A stretch of DNA of 35,360 bases from Candidatus Woesearchaeota archaeon (GCA_014729195.1 WJKI01000057.1:1-35360); one strand, 5' to 3'. Shown: positions 1 through 10,329, numbered from the stretch's first letter. The notes: generated by a model not told the origin, from the letters alone. Translations and numbers: made by a program.

Positions 1-10
1 AGTTATTAAG

Positions 11-1570
11 ATGAGCATAAGAGGAAGCAAACGCCTGATAATGGCCGGATTTGCCACAGACGAGTTTAAAAAGGAATACCCAAACTGGGGCTCATTATCA
101 GACTCAGAAAAAAAAGAACTGCTGGACAAAATAGAATCAAAAGCAAAAGACAATGCAGAAGAAAAACTTGCATCATATGCCAAACATGATGAAATAGTAA
201 TGGGACAAGACCAATTAATGCTTGTAGATTATCCCAAACCAATAAACAGGTATCAAGTAGTATATGAAAGCCCACATTCTTCAGTAGAACCATACTATTA
301 TTTTGTATACCATAACCTTCATTATTCATTTAATTTTCCAATAGTGGACAAAATAACAGACATATTCACAGCATCAGAACACAGCTCATTCTATGGAGCA
401 GCAGCACAAAGACTAGGACTTGCACAAGACAAAGTATCGCAATACATGGCAGCAATAGGACAATTTGTTAGAAAAGATCTGTTTCAGTTGATTCGTGATT
501 TACGCTGGCTGGAAGAAAGAATAAAAATACATGAAGACGCCCGTCAATACACAAAAGAAGGCAAATTGCAGGACGAATCAGCAGAAATAACCTTGAAGGG
601 GATATGGACAGACTTGGTTGACGGAGTAGTGCAGGGACAAAGAGTATCTGCAAATGTCTTTCAAATGGCACAGCAGCTGCAGTTTACATCTCTTCCAGAT
701 TTCTTTTTTTCAATACACCCACAAAACGACGCAGAAATAAACAAAAAAGTAGATGCACTGGATACAACAAACAACCTGAAAAGCGTGCTAAAAAGAAAAC
801 TAAAAGATTTTCTGATATGGAAAGAAGCAAACTACAAGGAATTAAAAGTCCGTAAGAATTTTGAACTAAAATATTTAAGACAACATTACAGCATAATAAA
901 CATGTATCTCCAATGGGTAAAACCCTACATGAAACACATGGCAAAACTCCGCGGAGACGTGGAAAAAGCAGACACAGCAGAACTAATATCTGCATTTGAA
1001 GGCTCAATGATAGAAATAGAAGTTTTGGGACAAAGACTGGAAAGAGGCAATAAAAAAGTCTTTACATGCATACTAGCAACAATTGAATACCGAACAAGAC
1101 CTTCTTTGAGTTATCAGCAAGAAGCAGGATTCCACCGCGGACCAATACACATGGGCGAAATGAAATTGACATATAGATGCTATGCATGGACAAAAAAACA
1201 AATAGAAGCATACAAAAAAATGAAACAAAAAGAAGACATGGAATTATTTGAGGAAGTAAGTTCAGGAGTCAAGGCAACAATGGATGCGATTCGCGAAGAC
1301 TTGGACAGATTCCTAAAAGAAGCAGAAGGAAAAAAAGAAGAAGCAAAAGAAAAGAAAAAACCAGAAAGTGTCTTAGCACCATTCACTTCAATAGGCAAAG
1401 GATTTGGAGACGTATTTAAGATGTTCATTCCCAATCCTCCAAAACCAGGAGCAAAAGCAGAAAAAGCAATGATAAAAGGAGAAACAAAAACAGCAGAAAA
1501 ATCTGCCAAAAGTTTCATGTGGCTGAACTATAAAGCATTTAAGAAAGCACACAAAATGCTTACTTGGTAG
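11..1570 (+). CDS. Hypothetical protein (519 aa), predicted largely alpha-helical and soluble
   Basis: Long ORF with host-like A/C-ending codons; no recognised catalytic motif; true start could be the ATG at 41. Confidence 0.85.
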   Translation: MSIRGSKRLIMAGFATDEFKKEYPNWGSLSDSEKKELLDKIESKAKDNAEEKLASYAKHDEIVMGQDQLMLVDYPKPINRYQVVYESPHSSVEPYYYFVYHNLHYSFNFPIVDKITDIFTASEHSSFYGAAAQRLGLAQDKVSQYMAAIGQFVRKDLFQLIRDLRWLEERIKIHEDARQYTKEGKLQDESAEITLKGIWTDLVDGVVQGQRVSANVFQMAQQLQFTSLPDFFFSIHPQNDAEINKKVDALDTTNNLKSVLKRKLKDFLIWKEANYKELKVRKNFELKYLRQHYSIINMYLQWVKPYMKHMAKLRGDVEKADTAELISAFEGSMIEIEVLGQRLERGNKKVFTCILATIEYRTRPSLSYQQEAGFHRGPIHMGEMKLTYRCYAWTKKQIEAYKKMKQKEDMELFEEVSSGVKATMDAIREDLDRFLKEAEGKKEEAKEKKKPESVLAPFTSIGKGFGDVFKMFIPNPPKPGAKAEKAMIKGETKTAEKSAKSFMWLNYKAFKKAHKMLTW

Positions 1571-1571
1571 A

Positions 1572-2348
1572 TTATTCTGGACGGGGTATAAAAACTTTTT
1601 TTGATTCTCTAATTTCTAGCGGTTCAAAAGTATAGTTAGGTTTTTTTGTTCCAAGTCCAATATGTCTTACAAATTGTATAAATTCTCCATCTCCCCAGTT
1701 TATATCTGCTGCGCGGAATTTAAACTGATAAAATTCTATTTTTCTTCCTGTAGACATCAGTGTCGGATTAATTTCAAATTGTACTGGCAGAGGTGCTCCT
1801 TCTTCTTCAGCTTTTTGATACGCTTTTGACTTGAATTTTGCCCAGCTATACCCCGCATCGCTAGTCAATGTCCCAAATTGCGAATGACAAGTACTTAACT
1901 CCAAGCCATACCTATGAGATCGAATAGGTATTACTTGCTTTTTGTTTATCATTATTAATATATCATATAAATTAGCAGCATCACGATATTTTGATGTTCG
2001 TCTTTTTCTTGCCCAACAATTTGGATTAGGAGAAAGTGATTTGTCTGATATGTCTGGCAGCAGAATATCTGAATTAAGAGTAATTGCCATTTCAACGCTA
2101 TGTCCTAGCGGGCCGAGTAATTCCTCTGCCTCAAAAAAAAACTTAATCGAAGGTCTACCTTCATAGGAATAGAAAAAACGCCCCCAACTAACAAATTCAT
2201 TTTTTTCAATTAATTTACGTAATTTATCTATATCCTTATTTGCTTTGCCAAGCACTTTTTCATATTTTATAATTGCATTAGTTATGATATTCCTAGAAGC
2301 TAATTCCTCAAGAGTGTCTATATGTATTGCTGTTTTTAGTCTTTTCAT
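1572..2348 (-). CDS. Hypothetical protein (258 aa, MKRLKTAIHID...)
   Basis: ORF-track ORF 1572-2567 trimmed to the ATG at 2348, which removes the overlap with mdh and has a TTTAAA box about 25 nt upstream. Confidence 0.7.
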   Translation of the reverse strand: MKRLKTAIHIDTLEELASRNIITNAIIKYEKVLGKANKDIDKLRKLIEKNEFVSWGRFFYSYEGRPSIKFFFEAEELLGPLGHSVEMAITLNSDILLPDISDKSLSPNPNCWARKRRTSKYRDAANLYDILIMINKKQVIPIRSHRYGLELSTCHSQFGTLTSDAGYSWAKFKSKAYQKAEEEGAPLPVQFEINPTLMSTGRKIEFYQFKFRAADINWGDGEFIQFVRHIGLGTKKPNYTFEPLEIRESKKVFIPRPE

Positions 2349-2445
2349 CTTGAAAAAGAAGTAGAAGAACATTTTTAAAGATTTATGTTCGCGAGTTATA
2401 TCTGATTCGCAATGTTTATAAATCACCAGGCACTGTTTTTGTCCT

Positions 2446-3339
2446 ATGACCAAAATCAGTTTTATTGGGGCGGGGAACGTAGGAACAACTGCTGCTTTGA
2501 GAGTAATTGAGAAACAACTAGGAGATGTTGTATTGTTAGATATTGATTCTGAAATGGCTCTTGGCAAATCACTTGATTTATCTGACTATCAAAGCTCTGT
2601 TAACGGCAAATGCAAGATAATCGGAACATCTGATTATTCTTTGATAAAAGATTCAGATATAATCGTTGTAACAGCTGGCAGAGCAAGAAAAAAAGAAGAG
2701 AAAATAACGCGCGAAGGTCTTGCACAAATTAATACAGATATTATTAAAACAGTTGCAGAAAACATAAAAAAATATTCTCCTGACTCAATAGTATTAACAG
2801 TTACTAATCCAGTAGACAAAATGAACAAAATAATATTTGATATACTGCAAACTGACAGGAAAAAAATAATCGGGGTTGGCAGTCTGCTTGATTCTTTTAG
2901 ATTAAAAACAGTCATTTCTGAAGAATTGAAAACTCCTTCATCCGCTGTTTTAGGAATGGTTATTGGTCCTCACAATGATGATATGATACCCTTGTTCAGC
3001 AAAACAACTGTTAATGGAAAAAAAATTACTGAATTAATTACTGCTGACCGTTTAACTGAATTGAAAAAAGAAATACAATTACGCGGTAAAAAAATAACTT
3101 CTTTAATGGGGAGCGGGTATTATGCAATAGGAAATACAATTTCCTTGATGATAGAAACGATATTACAAGATAAAAAGGAAATAATCCCTGCAAGTATCAT
3201 TCTTGAAGGAGAATACGGCATTACTGATATCAGTGTGGGTGTTCCAATAAAGTTAGGTAGAAATGGAGCTGAAGTAGTTGAAATGGACTTTTCTGAGAAG
3301 GAAGAATTAGTTGAGATTGCTGGAAATATGCTTAATTAA
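2446..3339 (+). CDS. mdh: Malate dehydrogenase (LDH/MDH superfamily, LDH-like)
   Basis: Rossmann GAGNVG, VVTAGxxR loop with Arg at the specificity position, VTNPVD, LDSFR, catalytic His in GPHND. Confidence 0.9.
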   Translation: MTKISFIGAGNVGTTAALRVIEKQLGDVVLLDIDSEMALGKSLDLSDYQSSVNGKCKIIGTSDYSLIKDSDIIVVTAGRARKKEEKITREGLAQINTDIIKTVAENIKKYSPDSIVLTVTNPVDKMNKIIFDILQTDRKKIIGVGSLLDSFRLKTVISEELKTPSSAVLGMVIGPHNDDMIPLFSKTTVNGKKITELITADRLTELKKEIQLRGKKITSLMGSGYYAIGNTISLMIETILQDKKEIIPASIILEGEYGITDISVGVPIKLGRNGAEVVEMDFSEKEELVEIAGNMLN

Positions 3340-3505
3340 ATTTTCTAGAATATCCTGAAATCTATTCAAAACTGGAATATTTATTGCTTTTTTGATTGTA
3401 AAAAGGAATAAACTTCTTAATTTTCCATATTCAAATATGATATTATGGGATAATCCCTAATAAGAAAAAAATATTTATATTATATTTGTAATATATTCCA
3501 ATAAA

Positions 3506-3952
3506 ATGAAAATAACTGAAAAAGATTTGAAAATACTTGCTGAACTGGGCAAGAATTCCAAAAACACAGTTGCTTTGATATCTGCAGCCACTGGAGTTCC
3601 TGTAACCACTGTTCATAATAGAATAAAGCAAATGGAACGCTCTGGAGTGATTAAGAAATACACTTTAGAACTAAACCATGCAATCTTGGGAAATACACTA
3701 ACTGCTTATTTAATGATACATACCAACACCATGCTTGCAAACGGAATGAAAGTCAATCAAAAAGATATTGCTAATGAAATAAAAGAAATAAAAGGTGTTG
3801 AAAAAGTAGAATTATTAGCAGGACATGGAGACATACTAACTAAAGTCAGAGCAAAAGATACTGCCGAGCTTAATGAGTCTGTAATGCAAAAAGTAAGAAA
3901 AATAGACGGTGTAGACAAAACACAAACAATGGTTGTGCTTGAGGAATTCTAA
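3506..3952 (+). CDS. Lrp/AsnC family transcriptional regulator
   Basis: N-terminal HTH (DLKILAEL...TVHNRIKQMERSGVIKKY) and C-terminal RAM domain (GHGDILTKV...IDGVDKTQT). Confidence 0.92.
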   Translation: MKITEKDLKILAELGKNSKNTVALISAATGVPVTTVHNRIKQMERSGVIKKYTLELNHAILGNTLTAYLMIHTNTMLANGMKVNQKDIANEIKEIKGVEKVELLAGHGDILTKVRAKDTAELNESVMQKVRKIDGVDKTQTMVVLEEF

Positions 3953-4761
3953 AGAACAAAATGAATAACCTTTGCACTTACAAATACTTCTAAAACAGCT
4001 GCAAAAAAAATAAAGGCCAGGCCGGCAACAAACATTAACAAAGAATTCTGAACAACATTCTTAAAATAAGAAGAACCCCAATGCTCACGCATAATAGCAA
4101 CAGACAAGACAGAACCCGCCATTGCAGCAAGAAGAAAACCGGCAATCTCAGGAATAAAATGAACAAACAAAACCAAACTAGGCAGTTTAGGACTAAGATT
4201 GTTAACAACAAACAAGAAAAAGCCAGCAAAAAGAGTAGCATTCAAAACTATCAAAAAAACAGCACCAGCACCATAAAAAACAGACAAAACCAAACAAATC
4301 AAAGCAACCTCAAGATTAAAAGTAAACAAACCAAGAGCATCACCAAAAGAAGGATTAAACACGCCAGAACCAAATTCCTGCATCAAAGAAAGACCTCTAT
4401 GTCTAAACAGAAAATCAGTCTGATAAGAGAACAACTCAGAAGGAAGAAAAAAACTCACAGCCAGCAAACCAAGAATAACACCCAAAAAAACAAAACAAAA
4501 AACCTTGAAAAAATGCCGGTGATTAGAAATAAAATGCTTTAAGCCCTCCTTGCGCTCTGTCTTTTCCTCAACAGAAACAATATGATGCAAAGAAGGAACC
4601 AACAACAAAGTTAAAGTAAAAACAGCAACAACAGAAACAGAAGATGAAAAAAACAAATAAGCAATGCCATAAGCGATTAAAACATAAAAAAAAGTCAACA
4701 ACAAAATAAAAAAAGGATTCTGCTTAATCCTATTTGTATCCAGCAACTGCTCAAAAACCAT
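3949..4761 (-). CDS. SpoIIM/DUF95-family integral membrane protein
   Basis: Multiple TM helices; HFIPEIAGFLLAAMAG and C-terminal AAVLEVFVS motifs. Confidence 0.75.
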   Translation of the reverse strand: MVFEQLLDTNRIKQNPFFILLLTFFYVLIAYGIAYLFFSSSVSVVAVFTLTLLLVPSLHHIVSVEEKTERKEGLKHFISNHRHFFKVFCFVFLGVILGLLAVSFFLPSELFSYQTDFLFRHRGLSLMQEFGSGVFNPSFGDALGLFTFNLEVALICLVLSVFYGAGAVFLIVLNATLFAGFFLFVVNNLSPKLPSLVLFVHFIPEIAGFLLAAMAGSVLSVAIMREHWGSSYFKNVVQNSLLMFVAGLAFIFFAAVLEVFVSAKVIHFVL

Positions 4762-4764
4762 TCT

Positions 4765-7176
4765 TTACCTGAACTTGGGACCCCAATCAATCTCATCAGA
4801 GCCCTTTTTCTTTTTCCTAAAACTATAAACTCCTCCAGCAATTAATCCTGCAAGAGTCAATATTATCAAGCCCCACTTGACTGGCTGTCCAAGACTGTCA
4901 AACAATCCAGTTGCAGCGCCAGTAGCCAACGGAACTCTTGGCTCTTCTTCAGGAATTTCCTCTACAACAACCGGTTCTTCTGTTGGTTCAATTAATTCAG
5001 AAGCAGAAGCTTCTCCAGATGGCTCTGGTTCTGGTTCAGGAGCAGGTTCTTCTGGCTTGATACCTGAATAACCTCCCTGATAATCAAAAGGAATGCCTTT
5101 GCTTCCGCTGCCGCTATCACTTGTCTGCTGAGCAGGGGAAACAACACTAAAAGACTCTGTTGCACGGTAAATAAGGTTTTCAGTTTCATAAGCCACAATA
5201 ACATCATAACTGCCGTCTGAATCAGGAGCAGTAAAGTCATAACTAAAATCAGAATTCTCATTTAGTTCAACATCTGCTGCACCATCAGGATAAGTAATAG
5301 TAACTATTCCTGCAACTTCTGAAGAATCATCCTTTGTAACACCGCCAGTCACTGCAATATTAGCATTTGGTTCAACAGAACCAGGCAGATTCACATTTAC
5401 TTCATAATTTTCAACAACAGTCATTTCCTCAACAACAGTGTTTATCTGGTCATTATTATCCATTGCTTCTACAGTAATATCATAATCTCCAGGAGTCTGA
5501 TCTGCAGGAATTGAAATAACTGCCTGATAAACATCATTACCCTGGTCTACTAAGGTTAATAAATCACCTTCAAAGTTAGCAGTAACCTGCTTGACACCGC
5601 TGATGTCTGTTACAGCAGCTTCCAAGGTCAAATCAGTTCCTCTGGCAACATAATTGATATCATCAACAAAAATATCAGGACCTGTCAAGTCTTCAGCAGT
5701 TGCAGTCCTCTGCTCTGACTGTGCAGAATTACCCAAATCATCAACACAAAGCATATACCATGAGAAATTACCCAAAGGAAGCATAACATTAATTGTAGAT
5801 TCTTCGCCGGAATTAACTTCCTGAGTAACAGGCTCGGCAACACTTGTGCTTACCGCGCACTCAATAGAATCATCATAATCATCGGTTACTTGAACAACAA
5901 AAGTTCCATGATAATCAAAAGAAGCACCATCTTCAGGACTGACAATACTAATTTCAGGAGCCTTCCGGTCAACATAAAAATTAAAAACTTCCTCTGCAGT
6001 ATTTCCTGCCTTATCAACTGCGATTACTGATAAGGTATTTTCTCCATCAGGCCACACAGAAGAGTTCAATTCCCGACTATAATCAACTGTATCAATCTCA
6101 TAATTATCTGAAACAGCAATATCAATCATGACATCTTTTATTCCAGAATTATCAGCAGGACCATTCAAGTCAATCATTGGAGGGGTAATGTCATAAATGA
6201 AGGAATCCTGGTCCTCACCTTGCAAACCAACAGCATCTGTGCACATGATTTTCCAGTCATGTGCTCCTTCACTGACATTAGCCTCTAATGCAAACGCGTT
6301 AATGCCCTCAAATGCTTCTATCTCCTGAATATCATTCAAAGTATCAATCTCTATTTCGCAGTCGAATTGGGTTGCTTTATTATCAAAAACCTCAAACCTG
6401 AACATATTGTTAGAATAACTATTATTCACAGGAGATAATAAAGTAACAGTGGGCGGTGTGTTGTCAAAACCAAAAGAACCGCTTATTGTTGTTGTTTCTT
6501 CTGCATTGTTTGTTATTTCAACTGTAAAGCAGGCAGTATCGTTTTCGCCGTAATTTGCGAAATCAGCATTTCCAGTGCATTCTCCTTCATTGCAGGTTAA
6601 GTTCACTTGCGTCGCAGGGTTTGTGCAGTCACTATACTCATATTGAACTTCTTTGATTCCTGTTTCAGAGTCAGAAGCATTAATCCTTATTTCCTGATTA
6701 TTATTATACGCTCTTGCATAACTGTTATTCGCAGGGAAAATATTGTTTAAAACAGGGGGAGTATTATCATTTTTGATTGTAACGTTTATTGAGAAATCCT
6801 CTGTTGTAAAGTCATCATAAGTCAAAGTGCCGGCAATAGTTCCTGCTTCATCCTGATTTACTAAGCCTGCCTTGGCAGTATAAACAAATAAGGCATTTTT
6901 GACATTATTTTCTACGGTTCCATCATACCATGTGATTTGCGAGGAGGATAAATCACTAGACCAACCAAGAAAATCCAAAACATCAATCAATTCCAAATCA
7001 GGAGAATTTAATTCAACCTGGGTTATTACATCATAACCTAAATAATTATCAATCTGCATATTGAACTCTGCTTCAACACTCTCATAAGTTTCTACAGGTG
7101 TTAAAGTCACTTCAGCTGCTAAAACTGGTGCAACCAGAATTAGTAATACTACCGCAAATACAAAGACATTTTTCAT
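4765..7176 (-). CDS. Acidic surface protein with tandem Ig-like domains and C-terminal TM anchor
   Basis: Signal peptide MKNVFVFAVVLL..AA; repeated D(N/I)TPP, DRKAP and DLTGP domain junctions; Pro/Glu linker; TM followed by RKKKK; start trimmed from 7194. Confidence 0.85.
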   Translation of the reverse strand: MKNVFVFAVVLLILVAPVLAAEVTLTPVETYESVEAEFNMQIDNYLGYDVITQVELNSPDLELIDVLDFLGWSSDLSSSQITWYDGTVENNVKNALFVYTAKAGLVNQDEAGTIAGTLTYDDFTTEDFSINVTIKNDNTPPVLNNIFPANNSYARAYNNNQEIRINASDSETGIKEVQYEYSDCTNPATQVNLTCNEGECTGNADFANYGENDTACFTVEITNNAEETTTISGSFGFDNTPPTVTLLSPVNNSYSNNMFRFEVFDNKATQFDCEIEIDTLNDIQEIEAFEGINAFALEANVSEGAHDWKIMCTDAVGLQGEDQDSFIYDITPPMIDLNGPADNSGIKDVMIDIAVSDNYEIDTVDYSRELNSSVWPDGENTLSVIAVDKAGNTAEEVFNFYVDRKAPEISIVSPEDGASFDYHGTFVVQVTDDYDDSIECAVSTSVAEPVTQEVNSGEESTINVMLPLGNFSWYMLCVDDLGNSAQSEQRTATAEDLTGPDIFVDDINYVARGTDLTLEAAVTDISGVKQVTANFEGDLLTLVDQGNDVYQAVISIPADQTPGDYDITVEAMDNNDQINTVVEEMTVVENYEVNVNLPGSVEPNANIAVTGGVTKDDSSEVAGIVTITYPDGAADVELNENSDFSYDFTAPDSDGSYDVIVAYETENLIYRATESFSVVSPAQQTSDSGSGSKGIPFDYQGGYSGIKPEEPAPEPEPEPSGEASASELIEPTEEPVVVEEIPEEEPRVPLATGAATGLFDSLGQPVKWGLIILTLAGLIAGGVYSFRKKKKGSDEIDWGPKFR

Positions 7177-7326
7177 CCTCTTTTTCCCTCGCAAAATTGT
7201 TATATATAGTGCTCATACATAATTACTATATAAATATATTGATTTGTATACTGGTTTCTGAGAGCATTATTTAGTAGTGATAAAGAATTTTAAAGCTGAG
7301 AAATCAAATTCAATATAGGGGATGGT

Positions 7327-7794
7327 ATGAGAGTTGAACTAGTATATGTTGGGATACTATTGTTTATCCTAGGATTTAGTGTATCATCAATGCTGTCAGA
7401 AGTTCAGACAAGAGTGGCTATCGGGGGAACTGTGGATAGAAACAACCCATCTGATTCTATTAATTCAGATGAAATACATTTATACTCTGACAGAATGGTG
7501 GTAGAGAAAAAAGGATTAACATATGCTCCTGTGGAAGATACAAAATCAATGGAGCCATTATTAAGCTCTAATTCACATGTGATCGAAAAAGAAGTTGATT
7601 TTTCAGAATTAGTTGTTGGAGATATTATCTCTTTTTCTAAAAAAGGACAAGTAATAGTTCATTCTGTTGTTGAAATAGGAGAAGATTCTATTGGAAAATA
7701 CGCTTTGACAAAAGGATATAACAATGATTTTATAGATGACTGGAAAGTTAGAGCATTTGAACTGAAAGGAAAAGTAGTAGGAGTTCTGAATTAA
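7327..7794 (+). CDS. Peptidase S26B (archaeal/SEC11-type signal peptidase I)-like protein
   Basis: N-terminal TM; TKSMEP (catalytic Ser), GDII, IVHSVV (His), TKGYNN..D. Confidence 0.75.
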   Translation: MRVELVYVGILLFILGFSVSSMLSEVQTRVAIGGTVDRNNPSDSINSDEIHLYSDRMVVEKKGLTYAPVEDTKSMEPLLSSNSHVIEKEVDFSELVVGDIISFSKKGQVIVHSVVEIGEDSIGKYALTKGYNNDFIDDWKVRAFELKGKVVGVLN

Positions 7795-7832
7795 AGATAA
7801 TTTTAAATAAATCAAGCACATATTCTCCATTA

Positions 7833-8375
7833 ATGAAAAAAATAGATTTTACGCAAATCAAGAAGTTACCTCCTGAAGAAAAAATCAAGGTACTTGAAAG
7901 AGTAGAGGGAGAATTAAAAACATTAATTGAAAAACGCAAAAAAGAAATTGAAGAGAAAAATCTAGAAATAGAAAATGCAGAAGAATTATTACAAGAAGCA
8001 CAAAACGAAGCAAAAGTTTTAGAAGAAATCAAGACACCGGAAATTAAAAAAGTAGACATCGGAAAATTATTCCATCCTGAAGAAAAAGATCTGGAAGGAA
8101 TAGCAGCAACAGCACCCTCTGAAGCAGAAAAAAAAGCACAAATTGAAGAGCTAAGCAAGCAACCAGTGCAGGAATTATATAACACTGTTGTTGGAATCAA
8201 AAGCGAAATAGATAAAACAGGAATAGAAACTTTATATCAACAGGAGAAAATAGAGCAGATAAATGAAGCCCTTTATGAGAAGAAAAAAGCAGTAGAGAAC
8301 AAACAATATAATCCCACCAAAAAAGCGCGGCACTTACTGACTGCTGCAGAGCAAATGATGGAAAATTATATGTAG
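7833..8375 (+). CDS. Hypothetical Glu/Lys-rich coiled-coil protein
   Basis: 180-aa ORF with heptad-like charged sequence; TATA about 25 nt upstream. Confidence 0.75.
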   Translation: MKKIDFTQIKKLPPEEKIKVLERVEGELKTLIEKRKKEIEEKNLEIENAEELLQEAQNEAKVLEEIKTPEIKKVDIGKLFHPEEKDLEGIAATAPSEAEKKAQIEELSKQPVQELYNTVVGIKSEIDKTGIETLYQQEKIEQINEALYEKKKAVENKQYNPTKKARHLLTAAEQMMENYM

Positions 8376-8378
8376 AAA

Positions 8379-9452
8379 ATGATTAAAAAAATAATAGTGA
8401 TGACAATTCTCTTATTTTTAATAGGCTGTGTTATCGAACCCCGAGAAGAAATTCAAAAAGAAAATGTAAATGATACGCAAATTCAAGCTGGCGAAGTTAT
8501 AGTTAAGGAAAGTGCTGTTGAAGAAAAATCAGTAGACATTCGGCGATGTAATGACGGAACATTGTATAATGAATGCTCTGTACAAAAACCATACTATTGT
8601 TTAGACGGCAATATTATCAAAAAAGCTTCTGTCTGTGGATGCCCCAAGAATCAAATCGCGTCTTATGAAAATTGTGTGTCTGCATTTGAAATAACGCCTT
8701 TTGAACAAACATTTACTTACACTCTTAACGGCAGAGAAAACTCAATTTCATTAACAGTCTACAAAGAACTAAACGATTTTTTAAGCGCAAAACCAAGAAA
8801 ATATTACTGCAATCCGGAATGCCCTTCTTCGCGCGAAATAGAAATGAAATACATAGATAATACAGAACAAAAACCATATATGAAAAAATTAGTTTCTAAG
8901 ATCAAATCCAAAACCTCAGATAAAAAAGAACAAGCAAGAATAGCAATCGCTCTGGTTCAAAGAATACCATATGCAGACACTGAACGCAGAAATAACGCAT
9001 TAACCGGAAGATATCCATACGAAGTTCTTTTTGATAACCGCGGTGTTTGCGGAGAAAAATCCTTATTATTAGCATTCTTATTACGCGAAATAGGATACGG
9101 AGTTTCCCTATTCCATTATCCCGAAGAAAAACACATGACTGTTGGATTAAAATGTCCCTTAGAATATTCTTATCAGGAATCAGGCTATTGTTTCATAGAA
9201 ACAGTAGAGCCAATAATACCAACATATATTCCTTCAAAATATGTAGATATCGGTTCTCTTGATTCTGACCCGGAAATAATACAAGTATCAGAAGGAAAAA
9301 CATTTGACATATCTGAAGAATATTCTGACGCCCGTGAACTGAAACGAATCAATTCAATCGGATTAGTGTTACAGCCAAAAGACTATGCAATCTGGAGAGA
9401 CCTGATGAAAAAATACGGAATATATGTTAGAGGAAGATTGTTTTTTAGGTAG
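8379..9452 (+). CDS. Lipoprotein with Cys-rich N-terminal region and transglutaminase-like (Cys-His-acid) domain
   Basis: Lipobox-like LIGC; YPYEVL...GVCGEKSLLLAFLL; KHMTVG; YCFIETV. Confidence 0.75.
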   Translation: MIKKIIVMTILLFLIGCVIEPREEIQKENVNDTQIQAGEVIVKESAVEEKSVDIRRCNDGTLYNECSVQKPYYCLDGNIIKKASVCGCPKNQIASYENCVSAFEITPFEQTFTYTLNGRENSISLTVYKELNDFLSAKPRKYYCNPECPSSREIEMKYIDNTEQKPYMKKLVSKIKSKTSDKKEQARIAIALVQRIPYADTERRNNALTGRYPYEVLFDNRGVCGEKSLLLAFLLREIGYGVSLFHYPEEKHMTVGLKCPLEYSYQESGYCFIETVEPIIPTYIPSKYVDIGSLDSDPEIIQVSEGKTFDISEEYSDARELKRINSIGLVLQPKDYAIWRDLMKKYGIYVRGRLFFR

Positions 9453-9528
9453 CTCTATCAGAAATTCTACTGTTAAACACGGAAATAATCTGATTTTTCT
9501 TGGGAAAGACATATTAAACATTAATACG

Positions 9529-9551
9529 TAATCTAATATCATAATAGATTA
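9529..9551. promoter_or_regulatory. Palindrome TAATCTAATAT-C-ATAATAGATTA upstream of the TA operon, putative operator
   Basis: 10 of 11 positions complementary; about 35 nt upstream of the TTTTATATA box at ~9584. Confidence 0.35.
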
Positions 9552-9607
9552 ACATATAGTTTAACATTAAATTTAACCTAAAGTTTTATATACTCGCGGT
9601 GTTTACA

Positions 9608-9875
9608 ATGAAAAAGAAGCAGATAAATATCGAAACATATGCCTTTTTCAGAATGCTTGAAAGAGGAATGCAATACGAACTCGATTATTATGAAACAAAA
9701 GAACGCGCATATGAGGCCGTAAGAACCGGCAAACGTAACAAAAAAACGCAAATCAAGAATATTCAAAACATATTATCGGTATTTTAATGATAATCTGTCT
9801 TTTTATGTTATCTGCCAGAAAAACAAAAACCAGATGTTAATCAAAACCGTCATAATAGAAAAAGGTAAAAAATGA
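9608..9875 (+). pseudogene. Frameshifted putative toxin (DUF4258/RelE-superfamily-like, ~88 aa if repaired)
   Basis: 5' frame MKKKQINIETYAFFRMLERG...; +1 frame after the A7 run (9740-9746) reads RKSRIFKTYYRYFNDNLSFYVIC...IKTVIIEKGKK with its TGA overlapping the next ATG (ATGA). Confidence 0.65.
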
Positions 9876-10192
9876 AAAAGAAATGCATCAATTGCAACAT
9901 CCCGATGAAAAAAACCTCTGTAAAATATAAAGGAATAAAATTTGAAGCAATGCAATGCCCCAAATGCAAACAAAAAATCTTTACAGAGGACTTGGCAATG
10001 AAAGCAATAAACAAAATAGAATCAGAAAGACTAAAATCAGAATATATAAAACACCCAATAAAAATAGGCCACAGCTGGGGAATAACATTTCCAAAAGAAA
10101 TCACAGACGTGTTTGAACTAAACAAAGGAAACACAAAACTAAAAATACATCCAGATGTTACAAGAGGAAAAATAGAAATTTCATTAAAATAA
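9872..10192 (+). CDS. Putative antitoxin: YgiT/MqsA-type Zn finger plus AbrB/MazE-like domain
   Basis: CINC...CPKC zinc ribbon; KIGHSWGITFPKEI swapped-hairpin signature. Confidence 0.75.
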   Translation: MKKKCINCNIPMKKTSVKYKGIKFEAMQCPKCKQKIFTEDLAMKAINKIESERLKSEYIKHPIKIGHSWGITFPKEITDVFELNKGNTKLKIHPDVTRGKIEISLK

Positions 10193-10329
10193 GCTTTTTA
10201 AACCTCTAAACATTATTACAAAACAAGGCTTTCTACCCAAAAATCATACACCGAAAAATATAATTTTTCAAGATTAAAAGTTTCTGACGAAACTTTTAAA
10301 TACTTAATATACTAAAAAGTATACTGAAA

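Noticed and set aside
2349-2567. N-terminal extensions in the ORF track (also 22112-22222, 17788-17838, 34782-34847)
   Set aside because: They overlap neighbouring genes or promoters; downstream ATGs have properly placed TATA/SD signals
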